Assembly: GCA_964624355.1 (NCBI GenBank)
Contig: CAZUXL010000001.1
Coordinates: 28,816-76,452 of the forward strand
Direction of reading: 5' to 3'
Length of the DNA: 47,637 bases
Origin: an uncultured Spirochaetales bacterium
Lineage (GTDB): Bacteria; Spirochaetota; Spirochaetia; JABEVK01
Below the pieces are notes generated by a model. That model ran no database searches. It was not told where the DNA came from and saw only the letters and a list, made by a program, of their open reading frames with translations. Made by a program: the position numbers and the translations under genes. Of this stretch, positions 9,606-18,569 are shown in pieces. The stretch's first letter is position 1; each line of letters opens with the position of its first letter.

Positions 9606-11028
9606 ATATATGATTGGTTTTGGACTCGAAGGGGTCGCTGAGGGTGAAAAAGAAAGTGCTGCCCTTTCCTTCACCTGGGGATTCGGCCCAAATTCTCCCT
9701 CCATGGAGGTCCACTATCCTTTTAATTAAGGCCAATCCTAGACCCGAGCCTTCGGACTGGACGTTTAACTTTTCAAAAAGACCAAAAATAGACTCTAAGT
9801 AATTTGGATTGATTCCAGCACCATTATCCTTCACATAGTAAACGGTCTCATCGTTTTTAGTCACATGACCGATCTCTATGCAGAGATTTTTTTGGGTTCC
9901 TCTATATTTAATGGCATTTTCTATGAGGTTTTGCCATATTTCCCTGGTTCTAAGTTGGTCGCCTTTCACCTCCGGCCAGGATTGGGCGTTAATATTCAGA
10001 GTCACATTACTATCCCGAAGCCTCCCGTCTAGAAGTTCAACGGCTTCAATCATGGGCTCTTCCATGGAAAATATTTTGGTGGCGTCCACCACTCTTCCAA
10101 TCCTGGAAAGCTCTAAAAGACCTTCCAATAAACCGTTCATTTTATCCACCGAGGCAATAATTCTATCCACATCTTTTAGTGCTCTGGAGGATTCCCCACT
10201 TTCCAAGTCTTTTTTAATATATCCCGAGAAACCTTTGATTGTGATGAGAGGACTTTTTAGATCATGGCTCACGGTATAAGTAAATCGTTCCAGTTCCGCA
10301 TTTTTTGATTCTATTTCTTTAATCTTATCTTTAAGTAGTCTTTCGGCTTGTTTCTGCAATTTATAGGTTTGCTGAAGGTTTTGTCTCATGGTGTTCAATC
10401 TGTGGGTAATCACATCGAATTCATCCAAACTTCTTCTGTTTTTGCGCTGTAATATAAGAGCCTTATCCAAATTTTGTAAATCGAGAACTTCAATGTATTT
10501 GGTAATCTGTTCCAATGGTCTGTTGATCAAGCGGCTAAAAAGAATAAATAAAACCATGGCAGTCATTAAATTCTCCACGGTTTTTGTGGCTAAACCATTG
10601 AGAAATTGAAGAAAAAGTGTCTTATTGATCAGGGATAAGTCTGCTTTTAGGGTGAGAGTACCCACCAGTTCGGTGGAATCGGGGCCCCCGTATCGAAGTT
10701 CGCTGATTTTTTGGAGTGAGTTGCTGTCCTCAGGATCTCCGGCTTCAAGTTTATAATCCCTATAGGTGACACCGGCATATTTTATATAGGGAAGTTGTAT
10801 GATTCCTTTAAGTTGCAGTTCCACTTGGGTAAAATTTAAATCCCACATCCCCGCTGCTAAGGAATTTGCCTGGGTGATGACAATATCATCGAGGGTTTTT
10901 TTAATTTCATCTTGAATATCTCCCCGTCTATTCAATCCTACGATACTGGAAACCACCACAGCGGTTAAGAAACTTATCAAAACTATGGAAATGAGAAATT
11001 GAATTGAGACGGATCGTTTTGATTTCAA
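9604..11028 (-). CDS. Membrane sensor histidine kinase (orphan)
   Basis: Two TM helices, HAMP-like region, H-box SHDLKSPL, N-box NLIENAIKY, DNGAGI and GSGLGL. Confidence 0.93.
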   Translation of the reverse strand: MKSKRSVSIQFLISIVLISFLTAVVVSSIVGLNRRGDIQDEIKKTLDDIVITQANSLAAGMWDLNFTQVELQLKGIIQLPYIKYAGVTYRDYKLEAGDPEDSNSLQKISELRYGGPDSTELVGTLTLKADLSLINKTLFLQFLNGLATKTVENLMTAMVLFILFSRLINRPLEQITKYIEVLDLQNLDKALILQRKNRRSLDEFDVITHRLNTMRQNLQQTYKLQKQAERLLKDKIKEIESKNAELERFTYTVSHDLKSPLITIKGFSGYIKKDLESGESSRALKDVDRIIASVDKMNGLLEGLLELSRIGRVVDATKIFSMEEPMIEAVELLDGRLRDSNVTLNINAQSWPEVKGDQLRTREIWQNLIENAIKYRGTQKNLCIEIGHVTKNDETVYYVKDNGAGINPNYLESIFGLFEKLNVQSEGSGLGLALIKRIVDLHGGRIWAESPGEGKGSTFFFTLSDPFESKTNHI

Positions 11029-11125
11029 AGGATTACCCTACAAGATATCATGAGTCATTACATTTCAGTTGTCAAAGCATAAATTTTGAGAAATACTAAA
11101 CCAAACAGATCAACATGATCAACTA

Positions 11126-11154
11126 TTGACTTACGGTGGGCTCCCCTTTATATT
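11126..11154 (+). promoter_or_regulatory. Sigma70 promoter of cysK
   Basis: TTGACT, 17 bp, TATATT; AAGGAG RBS downstream. Confidence 0.65.
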
Positions 11155-11175
11155 TAAGCTCTAAAGGAGCTTGAA

Positions 11176-12090
11176 ATGAAAGTTGAAAATATTCTCTCCA
11201 CCATTGGAAATACACCCCATGTAAAAATAAATCGCCTCTTTGGTAATGCCCATGAGGTTTGGATCAAGTTGGAAAAGTCTAATCCCGGCGGCAGTATCAA
11301 GGATCGGATTGCCCTTGCCATGGTGGAAGACGCAGAAGCCCAGGGAATCTTGAAAAAGGATTCCGTTATTATTGAACCCACCAGTGGAAATACTGGAATA
11401 GGTCTGGCACTTGTGGCTGCGGTAAAAGGGTATAAGTTAATCTTAGTGATGCCTGAGTCCATGTCAGTGGAACGCCGACGACTTATGGGGGCTTATGGAG
11501 CAAGTTTCGATCTGACTCCCCGGGAAAAGGGAATGAAGGGCGCTATCGCTAGGGCTGTGGAATTGGCTGCCCAGACTCCTAATTCATGGATTCCCCAACA
11601 GTTTGAGAATCCTGCCAACATCAAAGTCCATCAGGAGACCACTGCTCAGGAAATTTTAAAGGATTTTCCCGAGGGGCTGGACTATCTTATCACCGGGGTC
11701 GGAACGGGGGGGCATATTACGGGAGTGGGGGAAGTTCTGAAAAAGAGGTTTCCTAAGTTAAAAGTCTTCGCAGTGGAACCGGAATTGTCTCCAGTGATTT
11801 CCGGCGGACAACCTGGGCCCCATCCACTTCAAGGAATAGGTGCCGGTTTTATCCCTGTGAATCTTCACAAAGAGGTTCTGGATGGAACTATTCAGGTGGG
11901 TAAGGATGAGTCCTATGAAATGGCAGTGAGGGCTGCAAAAGAAGAAGGTATATTTGCCGGGGTATCCACTGGGGCTACATTGGCGGCTTTAAGGAAAAAA
12001 CTTTCAGAAATTCCTTCCGGAAGTAGAGTTCTGTTATTCAACTACGATACCGGTGAACGTTATCTGTCCATAGACGGTTTGTACCAATAA
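11176..12090 (+). CDS. cysK: Cysteine synthase A
   Basis: NPGGSIKDR (PLP lysine), [34 protein letters not shown]. Confidence 0.96.
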   Translation: MKVENILSTIGNTPHVKINRLFGNAHEVWIKLEKSNPGGSIKDRIALAMVEDAEAQGILKKDSVIIEPTSGNTGIGLALVAAVKGYKLILVMPESMSVERRRLMGAYGASFDLTPREKGMKGAIARAVELAAQTPNSWIPQQFENPANIKVHQETTAQEILKDFPEGLDYLITGVGTGGHITGVGEVLKKRFPKLKVFAVEPELSPVISGGQPGPHPLQGIGAGFIPVNLHKEVLDGTIQVGKDESYEMAVRAAKEEGIFAGVSTGATLAALRKKLSEIPSGSRVLLFNYDTGERYLSIDGLYQ

Positions 12091-12115
12091 AGGAGGCCCC
12101 GAAAGGGGCCTTTTT
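12089..12115. terminator. Intrinsic terminator after cysK
   Basis: AGGCCCC-GAAA-GGGGCCT followed by TTTT. Confidence 0.9.
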
Positions 12116-12136
12116 CTATAAATGAAGGTTTATAGG

Positions 12137-12205
12137 GGGGTCACACCTCTAAAAAAAGGGAGGTGTGACCCCAATTATAAGCCGAACTACTTGAGGTGTG
12201 ACCCC
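12137..12205. repeat. Cluster of three GAGGTGTGACCCC motifs (one inverted pair plus a third copy)
   Basis: GGGGTCACACCTC at 12137-12149; GAGGTGTGACCCC at 12160-12172 and 12193-12205. Confidence 0.95.
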
Positions 12206-12206
12206 C

Positions 12207-13670
12207 TTAAGCTTCTTTATAAGCCTTTACCAGATCTTCCATCCCTTTTTTCGCATCGGCAAAGTACATGAGCGAGTTATCAGCGGCGTAGAGGGGATTG
12301 GGGATCCCGGCAAACCCTGGGGAAAGGGATCGTTTCAAGTTGATAACAGTCTTGGCCTTGTCCACATCCAAAATAGGCATCCCAGCTATGGGGTTTCCTT
12401 TGGGTTCCCGGGCGATGGGATTCACCACATCGTTGGCACCGATCACAAGAACCACATCGGTATTTCCGAAAGTTCCGTTAATCGCATCCATTTCCCTCAG
12501 TTTATCGTAGGGAATGTTTTCTTCTGCCAAAAGCACGTTCATGTGACCGGGCATTCGACCGGCTACTGGATGGATGCCGAATTCCACTTCGATCCCATCG
12601 GCTTCCATGGCCTCAAAAAGTTGCCGAACGGGAGTCACAGCTCGACCAACGGCCATCCCATAACCAGGAACGATTACTACTCTCTGGGCAATTTTTAGGA
12701 GGCTGGCGATCTCGTCGGCGTTGGTTGATTTGACCTTGCCGGCGTAAATGTCATCTCCCTTTTCTGTTACAATAATTTCTCCCATCCCCCCGAAGAGGAC
12801 GTTGGCTAAAGATCGGTTCATGGCTTTACACATGAGCATGGTCAGGATGATTCCCGAGGCCCCGACTAGGGCGCCGGCGATTATCAGTACCCCGTTGGAA
12901 GGGCTGAGGACGAACCCTGTAGCCGCTGCGGCTATACCGGAATAGGAGTTCAAAAGGGCTATAACGATAGGCATGTCCGCCCCACCGATGGGTAAGGTCA
13001 GAAGGAGTCCTAAAATGGAAGAGATTCCCACGATTATCCAGAAGGCCATAGTAGGAGTAATAGTGCCACCGAGAATGTCGGGGTTGATATAGACGGCGGA
13101 AAAAAACAGGGCGACAAGGACCATGATAACTTTGACTATCTGTTCGCCTTGGTACCGCACGGGTTTTTCCGTGACCACGCCTTGAAGTTTTCCCGCAGCA
13201 ATGAGGGAGCCAAAAAACGTGATTGCACCGATGATGGCTGTGGCGGCGGTGGCGATTTTGGATACCAGGGATTCCTGTTCACCGGTTCCGGAGAGAATGA
13301 GGATCATTCCTCCGGCTACCAGAATGGAGGCAATGCCCCCGAAACCATTCAGTAGTCCCACAAGTTGGGGCATTTCTTTGAAATCTACAAAAAATGCGAG
13401 CAGAGCGCCGATGACAGCTCCGAGAACTAGGGCGGTGGCGAACCAGAGGAGGATTTCTGCGGATTGAAAACTGACCTGAGCTGCTAGAAGTTGTTTGTAA
13501 AGATCTACAAAGGCACCGGTGATGGCCAGGGTCATACCTACTGCTCCAGTGATGTTTCCTTTCACAGCGGTTTTAGGTGATCCCAAGCCCTTGAGTCCGA
13601 GAATAAAGAGAACAGAACCTGCCAGGTAGAGGACATCCACAAGCAGAGTTAGGATTTGTGATGTGTCCAT
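12207..13670 (-). CDS. pntB: NAD(P) transhydrogenase beta subunit
   Basis: Multi-TM N-terminus; motifs IGGADMP, LNSYSG, AMNRS, VPGYGMAV, HPVAGRMPGHMNVLLAE and GANDVVNP. Confidence 0.97.
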   Translation of the reverse strand: MDTSQILTLLVDVLYLAGSVLFILGLKGLGSPKTAVKGNITGAVGMTLAITGAFVDLYKQLLAAQVSFQSAEILLWFATALVLGAVIGALLAFFVDFKEMPQLVGLLNGFGGIASILVAGGMILILSGTGEQESLVSKIATAATAIIGAITFFGSLIAAGKLQGVVTEKPVRYQGEQIVKVIMVLVALFFSAVYINPDILGGTITPTMAFWIIVGISSILGLLLTLPIGGADMPIVIALLNSYSGIAAAATGFVLSPSNGVLIIAGALVGASGIILTMLMCKAMNRSLANVLFGGMGEIIVTEKGDDIYAGKVKSTNADEIASLLKIAQRVVIVPGYGMAVGRAVTPVRQLFEAMEADGIEVEFGIHPVAGRMPGHMNVLLAEENIPYDKLREMDAINGTFGNTDVVLVIGANDVVNPIAREPKGNPIAGMPILDVDKAKTVINLKRSLSPGFAGIPNPLYAADNSLMYFADAKKGMEDLVKAYKEA

Positions 13671-13671
13671 A

Positions 13672-13992
13672 TTATTTCTTCCTTGCTTTGAATTTTTCCA
13701 ACATGCGATGGGTTACCAAAAAGCCTCCCACCACATTGATCATGGCGAAGGAGATGGCAAAACCAGAGAATATCAGGGCTATGAGTTTGGTGGTGGGATC
13801 GGGGATGCGTTCAGCTAGACCCATGGAAAGGATGGCCCCCACCACCGTAATGCCGGAGATGGCGTTGGAACCGGACATGAGAGGGGTGTGGAGGAGGGAC
13901 GGAACTTTATTGATCAGTTCTACTCCGAGATAAATCGCCAGGATGAAGATGGTGATGATCTGGAGAAATAGGTGGATTTGGTCGGCGTTCAT
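13672..13992 (-). CDS. pntAB: NAD(P) transhydrogenase alpha subunit, membrane part
   Basis: LHTPLMSGSNAISG and INVVGGFLVTHRML. Confidence 0.95.
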   Translation of the reverse strand: MNADQIHLFLQIITIFILAIYLGVELINKVPSLLHTPLMSGSNAISGITVVGAILSMGLAERIPDPTTKLIALIFSGFAISFAMINVVGGFLVTHRMLEKFKARKK

Positions 13993-15152
13993 GAATTACC
14001 TCCTAAGCCGAGGGTGGTGGAAGCCCTTTCAGAACCTGGTAAGCCATTCATGGTAACCAAGGTTGCTGCCACGATATCGTCATCTTTATTTATGACTAAG
14101 GCTTTTTCCTTGTTTATGAGAAGTCCCAAGAAATTACAAATATTTTTTGAATACATTTGGGACGCATGGTAGGCCACGGTGGAAGGAACATTCAAAGGCC
14201 CGGCAATGGTCACATTATGTTTTACCACAGTTTTTCCCGGCTCGGTGAGTTCGCAGTTTCCACCTTTTTCACTGGCCAAGTCCACGATGACGCTGCCTGC
14301 GGGCATGGATTTCACCATTTCTTCGGTAATGAGTTTTGGACTGGGACGGCCAGGGATGGCGGCGGTGGTTACAATCACATCTATGTCTTTCACATACTCC
14401 GCCATGAGCTGTTTTTGTTTCACTTGCTGTTCGGGGGTTAATTCTTTTGCATAACCGCCAGCACCCGAGGCATCTCCGATGTCAAAGGAAACAAATTTCG
14501 CCCCCAGGGATTCCACTTGTTCTTTCACCGCAGATCGTACATCAAAGGCCGAGACCACGGCTCCCAATCTTCTGGCGGTGGCAATGGCCTGAAGTCCGGC
14601 TACACCGGCACCGAGGATGAAAACCTTGGCAGGTACTATGGTTCCCGCGGCCGTCATCATCATGGGAAACATTTTTGGAAGGAGGTCTGCCCCCATGAGG
14701 ACGCCACGGTAACCGGCTAGGTTGGCCTGGCTGGAGAGCACGTCCATGGCCTGTGCCCGGGTGGTCCGAGGTACCCATTCCATGGCAAAGACCGTCACTT
14801 TGTTCTTCTGAAGGTTATCAAATGCTTCATGGGGACCCCAGGGGTCCATGGTGCCGATGATTACCTGTTCTGGTTTTAAAGCCTGAGCATGAACCCGTCC
14901 CTGGGCATCTGCCGCACCAGAGCGAACGGTCAAAACAATCTGGGCTTGATCTGCAATGGTCTTAAAACTATCTACAATCTTGGCGCCTTTTTCCGAATAC
15001 TCTTCGTCCGGGTATCCAGATAAAAGCCCGGCTCCTGCTTCTACCCAAATTTCCAGACCGGCTTTTACCAGACTTGGAACATGGGCGGGAACCAAGGCCA
15101 CGCGCCGTTCCCCAGGGGTTGCTTCCTTGGGAACTCCAGCAATGATGGGCAT
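13989..15152 (-). CDS. pntAA: NAD(P) transhydrogenase alpha subunit, NAD(H)-binding part
   Basis: GERRVALVP, RAQAMDVLSS, GAGVAGLQAIATA, GGYAKE and GGNCE. Confidence 0.96.
   Translation of the reverse strand: MPIIAGVPKEATPGERRVALVPAHVPSLVKAGLEIWVEAGAGLLSGYPDEEYSEKGAKIVDSFKTIADQAQIVLTVRSGAADAQGRVHAQALKPEQVIIGTMDPWGPHEAFDNLQKNKVTVFAMEWVPRTTRAQAMDVLSSQANLAGYRGVLMGADLLPKMFPMMMTAAGTIVPAKVFILGAGVAGLQAIATARRLGAVVSAFDVRSAVKEQVESLGAKFVSFDIGDASGAGGYAKELTPEQQVKQKQLMAEYVKDIDVIVTTAAIPGRPSPKLITEEMVKSMPAGSVIVDLASEKGGNCELTEPGKTVVKHNVTIAGPLNVPSTVAYHASQMYSKNICNFLGLLINKEKALVINKDDDIVAATLVTMNGLPGSERASTTLGLGGNS
14682..14694 (+). repeat. Motif copy GAGGTCTGCCCCC inside pntAA
   Basis: Matches GAGGTSTGNCCCC. Confidence 0.7.
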
Positions 15153-15199
15153 GATTAATCCTCCAGAATTATTACTCTGACCAGTTTAATCATAATTAA

Positions 15200-16513
15200 C
15201 TAAGTGGCCAAGTCGTTTTTCAGCTTTCTTGTATGAGTTTCATTGTTTCTTTGAAGTTTTCGAGCTAATAATTTGGAAAGGAAGAGTCCGTACTGGGGAT
15301 ATTGTCTAATGGAGTTTACAAAAGACTTCCGAGCGATCTTTATTATTTTACCGGGAGTGTCGGCCACCACGGAGGCTGACCGTTGGTGATTTAGTAAAAA
15401 AGACATTTCTCCCATAAAAATATCCGCCGGGGTCAGAATGCCAACAGGTACATCGTCGTGGTACACCGTATATTGCCCGCTGGAGATATAAAAAATATAA
15501 TTGGAAATTTCACCCTGACGAAAAATGACAGTTCCTTTCTGGGGGAGGAGAACTTCCTCACCCACAAAGCCCACAGGTTCACTTTTAGTGGTCTTCTCAT
15601 GGGTTACGGTGAGCATGGCCACGTTCCCGGTTTTATTATAGGAAAGTTTCCCACCGAAGCTTTTTGCCAGCATGATTCCTCGGCCGTGGAGGGCGTCTTG
15701 CTTCCGAGTTTTCATTTTTTTCTGATACTCTTCCACATCGAACCCTGCTCCTTCGTCACGGACATAAAAAAATGTTTCATCCTGCCGCAGATCCCACTCC
15801 AGATGAACTTTTTTATTGGCCACCGAGGGATTTTTACACTTTTCAGCGATCAGATCCGGTAGGCTGCCCCCGGTCATCAAATGTTGGTTTTTTTCTTCAA
15901 AGCTGATATTACAATTTCCATGTTCAATCCCATTCAGGAGCAATTCCGCCAGGGAAATTTGAAGGTTTCGTTTATTTTCTTGACTAAGAAGGCCCCGTTG
16001 TACCAAGATTGTGGCTGCGAGACCGGCATAAACGGGGACAGACATCACATCATTATCAATAATAAAGCTCCCCGTGATCCTTTTGGACATGGTGTGACCC
16101 ATCTCGTACTGGAAGATTATCTGTCTATTTTTTTCCATAAGCTGAATATGGTTGAAGAGGGTTGAAACAATATTACTATGGTCGATGGTGGAAAGGAGGT
16201 TCAATTCCTTGAGTTTGTTGACTAGATCGGCTTCTTTCAGTTTATGTTTATCGTAGAGGGCAATGATGCCGAAGTTGTGAAGCCAGCTGTCTTCGTGAAT
16301 CTTTTTAATGAGGTTATCCACGTCTAAATTGGGATCCGTAGCGTTCAAAATGACGATTTCAGGAAGGTCAAAATTTAAAAGTTCCAGGCCATCTTCGATT
16401 TTTTCTGCGTAATGGAGGAAAAACGTTTTATCTTTGTCCCTGGAAAAAGCCTTTTCAATCTTGGATTTTACTTCCGCGTCAGAATTAATTACACCTATTA
16501 GACTCATAGACAT
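15200..16513 (-). CDS. Receiver-like + RsbW-type HATPase + cyclic nucleotide-binding protein
   Basis: Degenerate receiver N-terminus (LPEIVILN); ELLLNGIEHGN, VRDEGAGFD and GRGIML; C-terminal cNMP domain IFRQGE...GEMSFL...RSASV. Confidence 0.8.
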   Translation of the reverse strand: MSMSLIGVINSDAEVKSKIEKAFSRDKDKTFFLHYAEKIEDGLELLNFDLPEIVILNATDPNLDVDNLIKKIHEDSWLHNFGIIALYDKHKLKEADLVNKLKELNLLSTIDHSNIVSTLFNHIQLMEKNRQIIFQYEMGHTMSKRITGSFIIDNDVMSVPVYAGLAATILVQRGLLSQENKRNLQISLAELLLNGIEHGNCNISFEEKNQHLMTGGSLPDLIAEKCKNPSVANKKVHLEWDLRQDETFFYVRDEGAGFDVEEYQKKMKTRKQDALHGRGIMLAKSFGGKLSYNKTGNVAMLTVTHEKTTKSEPVGFVGEEVLLPQKGTVIFRQGEISNYIFYISSGQYTVYHDDVPVGILTPADIFMGEMSFLLNHQRSASVVADTPGKIIKIARKSFVNSIRQYPQYGLFLSKLLARKLQRNNETHTRKLKNDLAT

Positions 16514-16613
16514 TCTCCGTTGAAATCATCATATTAGCATTTGTTGTCTTTTGTCAAAAAATAACGTAAAAAAGTTCAATATCCTAACATTTAGAGATAC
16601 TTTAGAGATAATT

Positions 16614-17597
16614 ATGAAAACAAATATTTTTGCCCCTGAAAATGCGGCCTCTGCGGCTCCTTTAATACGAAAAGGGGGATTGGTGGTTTTTCCTACTGAA
16701 ACGGTTTATGGCCTGGGGGCCAATGCTTTGAATCCCGCAGCCTGTACAAAAATCTTCTCGGCCAAGGGCAGACCCAGTGACAATCCACTGATAGTTCACA
16801 TTTCAGGGAAAGAAATGCTCGGTTCCTTGGTGAGTGAAATCCCCCGGGAAGCAGAGATGCTTATGGAGGCTTTTTGGCCTGGACCTCTTTCTTTAGTTCT
16901 GCCCAAACTGCCGGAGGTTCCGGATTTGGTAACTTCCGGTTTGAAAACCGTGGGGATTCGTTGGCCTAGAGATCCCATCGCCCAGGAATTTTTGAAAGCC
17001 TGCGGGGTTCCCGTGGCTGCCCCCAGTGCCAATGTGTCTGGTTTTCCTTCCACTACCAATTTTGAAATGGCTCGTTTTGCCATGTTGGGGCGGGTGGATG
17101 GAATAATTCAGGGGTTGGATGCGGAAGTGGGTTTAGAGTCCACCATTGTGGGATTTGTGGATGGAAAGCCCAGGATTTACCGGTTGGGAGGCCTTCAAGC
17201 GGAAACCTTGGCTGAAGTTTTAGGACTTCCGGTGGAAATACTCTTGGAAGGACTTCCTTCCGGAGATGCCAAGCCCTTGGCCCCAGGGATGAAGTATCCC
17301 CATTACAAACCCTCCGCAGAGGTGATCCTTTTCCGGGATCCTAAGGAATTAAAGGACTGCTTTGAAGGAAATCCTAAAATAGGAGTTCTGTGCTACACCT
17401 ACCTGGGGACGGATTTCCCTCCAGAAACCGAGTACCAGGGTGTCACGAGTTTGGAAGAGTACGCCCATATACTCTATAAAGCCCTGCATGAATTGGATCA
17501 ACGAGGATGTACTAGAATTCTAGCTCAACTCCCTGAGGAAACGGGTTTGGGTAGGACCATAGCCAACAGGCTCAAAAAAGCTGCAGGATTGGAATAG
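16614..17597 (+). CDS. sua5: L-threonylcarbamoyladenylate synthase (Sua5/TsaC)
   Basis: FPTETVYGLGA, KGRPSDNPLIVH, FWPGPL, AAPSAN, GLEST, APGMKYPHY and the C-terminal Sua5 domain. Start moved to ATG 16614. Confidence 0.95.
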   Translation: MKTNIFAPENAASAAPLIRKGGLVVFPTETVYGLGANALNPAACTKIFSAKGRPSDNPLIVHISGKEMLGSLVSEIPREAEMLMEAFWPGPLSLVLPKLPEVPDLVTSGLKTVGIRWPRDPIAQEFLKACGVPVAAPSANVSGFPSTTNFEMARFAMLGRVDGIIQGLDAEVGLESTIVGFVDGKPRIYRLGGLQAETLAEVLGLPVEILLEGLPSGDAKPLAPGMKYPHYKPSAEVILFRDPKELKDCFEGNPKIGVLCYTYLGTDFPPETEYQGVTSLEEYAHILYKALHELDQRGCTRILAQLPEETGLGRTIANRLKKAAGLE

Positions 17598-17725
17598 GGC
17601 AAGCTGTTTTTTTTGAACTCCCATTCTGCCGATATATAAACCAACTCTTGCGAACCCAGGTGTTTCATGGTACTCTAGGTTTCAATAATTGAATACCGAA
17701 TATCGTCTAATTTTGGAGCTTTTCA

Positions 17726-18097
17726 ATGAAAATCCTAGTGGTGGATGATTCCAGAATTATGAGGAACATCATCAAGAACACCCTCACCGCCAGTAAAAAA
17801 TGGCACTTTGTGGACTATATAGAAGCCGGTGACGGGGAAGAAGCTTTTGAGCTCCTGTTAAAGGGCGGTGTGGACCTCCTTCTTTTGGATTGGAATATGC
17901 CAAAACTCAATGGAATAGATCTCGTGCGGAAACTTCGGGAAGATCTGAGATTTCATAAACTCCCCATCGTTATGATCACCTCCGAAGCGGCCAAGTACAG
18001 TGTTATTGAAGCCGTCAAGGCCGGTGTGAATGATTACCTTATCAAACCAGTCTCTGAAAGATCCCTATTGGATAAGCTGGAAAGGATTGGTGTTTAA
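17726..18097 (+). CDS. CheY-like single-domain response regulator
   Basis: ILVVDDS, LLDWNMP, MIT and YLIKP. Confidence 0.92.
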   Translation: MKILVVDDSRIMRNIIKNTLTASKKWHFVDYIEAGDGEEAFELLLKGGVDLLLLDWNMPKLNGIDLVRKLREDLRFHKLPIVMITSEAAKYSVIEAVKAGVNDYLIKPVSERSLLDKLERIGV

Positions 18098-18568
18098 GTG
18101 GATATAAAATATATTGAACCCTTTGTCCTGGCAACTCAGAATCTCTTTTTAGATTCTTTTAAAGAAGAGCCGGAGCCTCAAAATGCCTATCTCCTTTCAA
18201 AAGATGAAGACCATAACTGGGGAATTTCAGGAATTATTGGAATTGCTGGGGATACTCGAGGGGTCGTGGTGGTGAGCTTTCCCGAGGAAACAGCGAAGGA
18301 AATGGTGGGGAGATTGGTGGGACGAAAAATAACTGATCTGGATGAGGATGTGGTAGATTCCATTGGAGAGGTGGTCAATATCATCGCCGGAAATGCGAAG
18401 AAAGGCTTGGAGGACTACCGTTTGAGCATTTCCCTACCTACAGTCATTACCGGCCCAGCCCATCGGATTTCATGGCCTGCGGGAATTCCTATCATCGGCA
18501 TTCCCTTTAAAACTTCCGCCGGCAGGATTCATCTCTCAGTGGGTCTTGAAGACCTGATAAAGGTCTAA
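18098..18568 (+). CDS. cheX: CheX-type CheY-P phosphatase
   Basis: YIEPFV, ISGIIGIAG, catalytic EVVN (ExxN) followed by IIAG, and ISLPTVI. Confidence 0.9.
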   Translation: MDIKYIEPFVLATQNLFLDSFKEEPEPQNAYLLSKDEDHNWGISGIIGIAGDTRGVVVVSFPEETAKEMVGRLVGRKITDLDEDVVDSIGEVVNIIAGNAKKGLEDYRLSISLPTVITGPAHRISWPAGIPIIGIPFKTSAGRIHLSVGLEDLIKV

Positions 18569-18569
18569 A

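Noticed and set aside
12137-12205. Three repeats with short spacers as a mini-CRISPR
   Set aside because: The repeats are only 13 bp and in mixed orientation, the spacers are 10 and 20 nt, and there are no cas genes.
13672-15152. Split pntA as a frameshifted pseudogene
   Set aside because: The two-part alpha subunit is a known arrangement; the second gene has its own AGGAGG RBS and an ATGA overlap.
16089-16101. ATGGTGTGACCCA, and GAGGTCTGGCCCT at 22502 and 25483, as motif copies
   Set aside because: The first has three mismatches. The latter two differ from the relaxed consensus only at the last base but are weak against the exact 13-mer, so I left them out of the conservative counts.
16590-16610. 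Tandem TTTAGAGATA repeat upstream of sua5
   Set aside because: Two copies of an AT-rich 10-mer; could be an operator but nothing else supports it.
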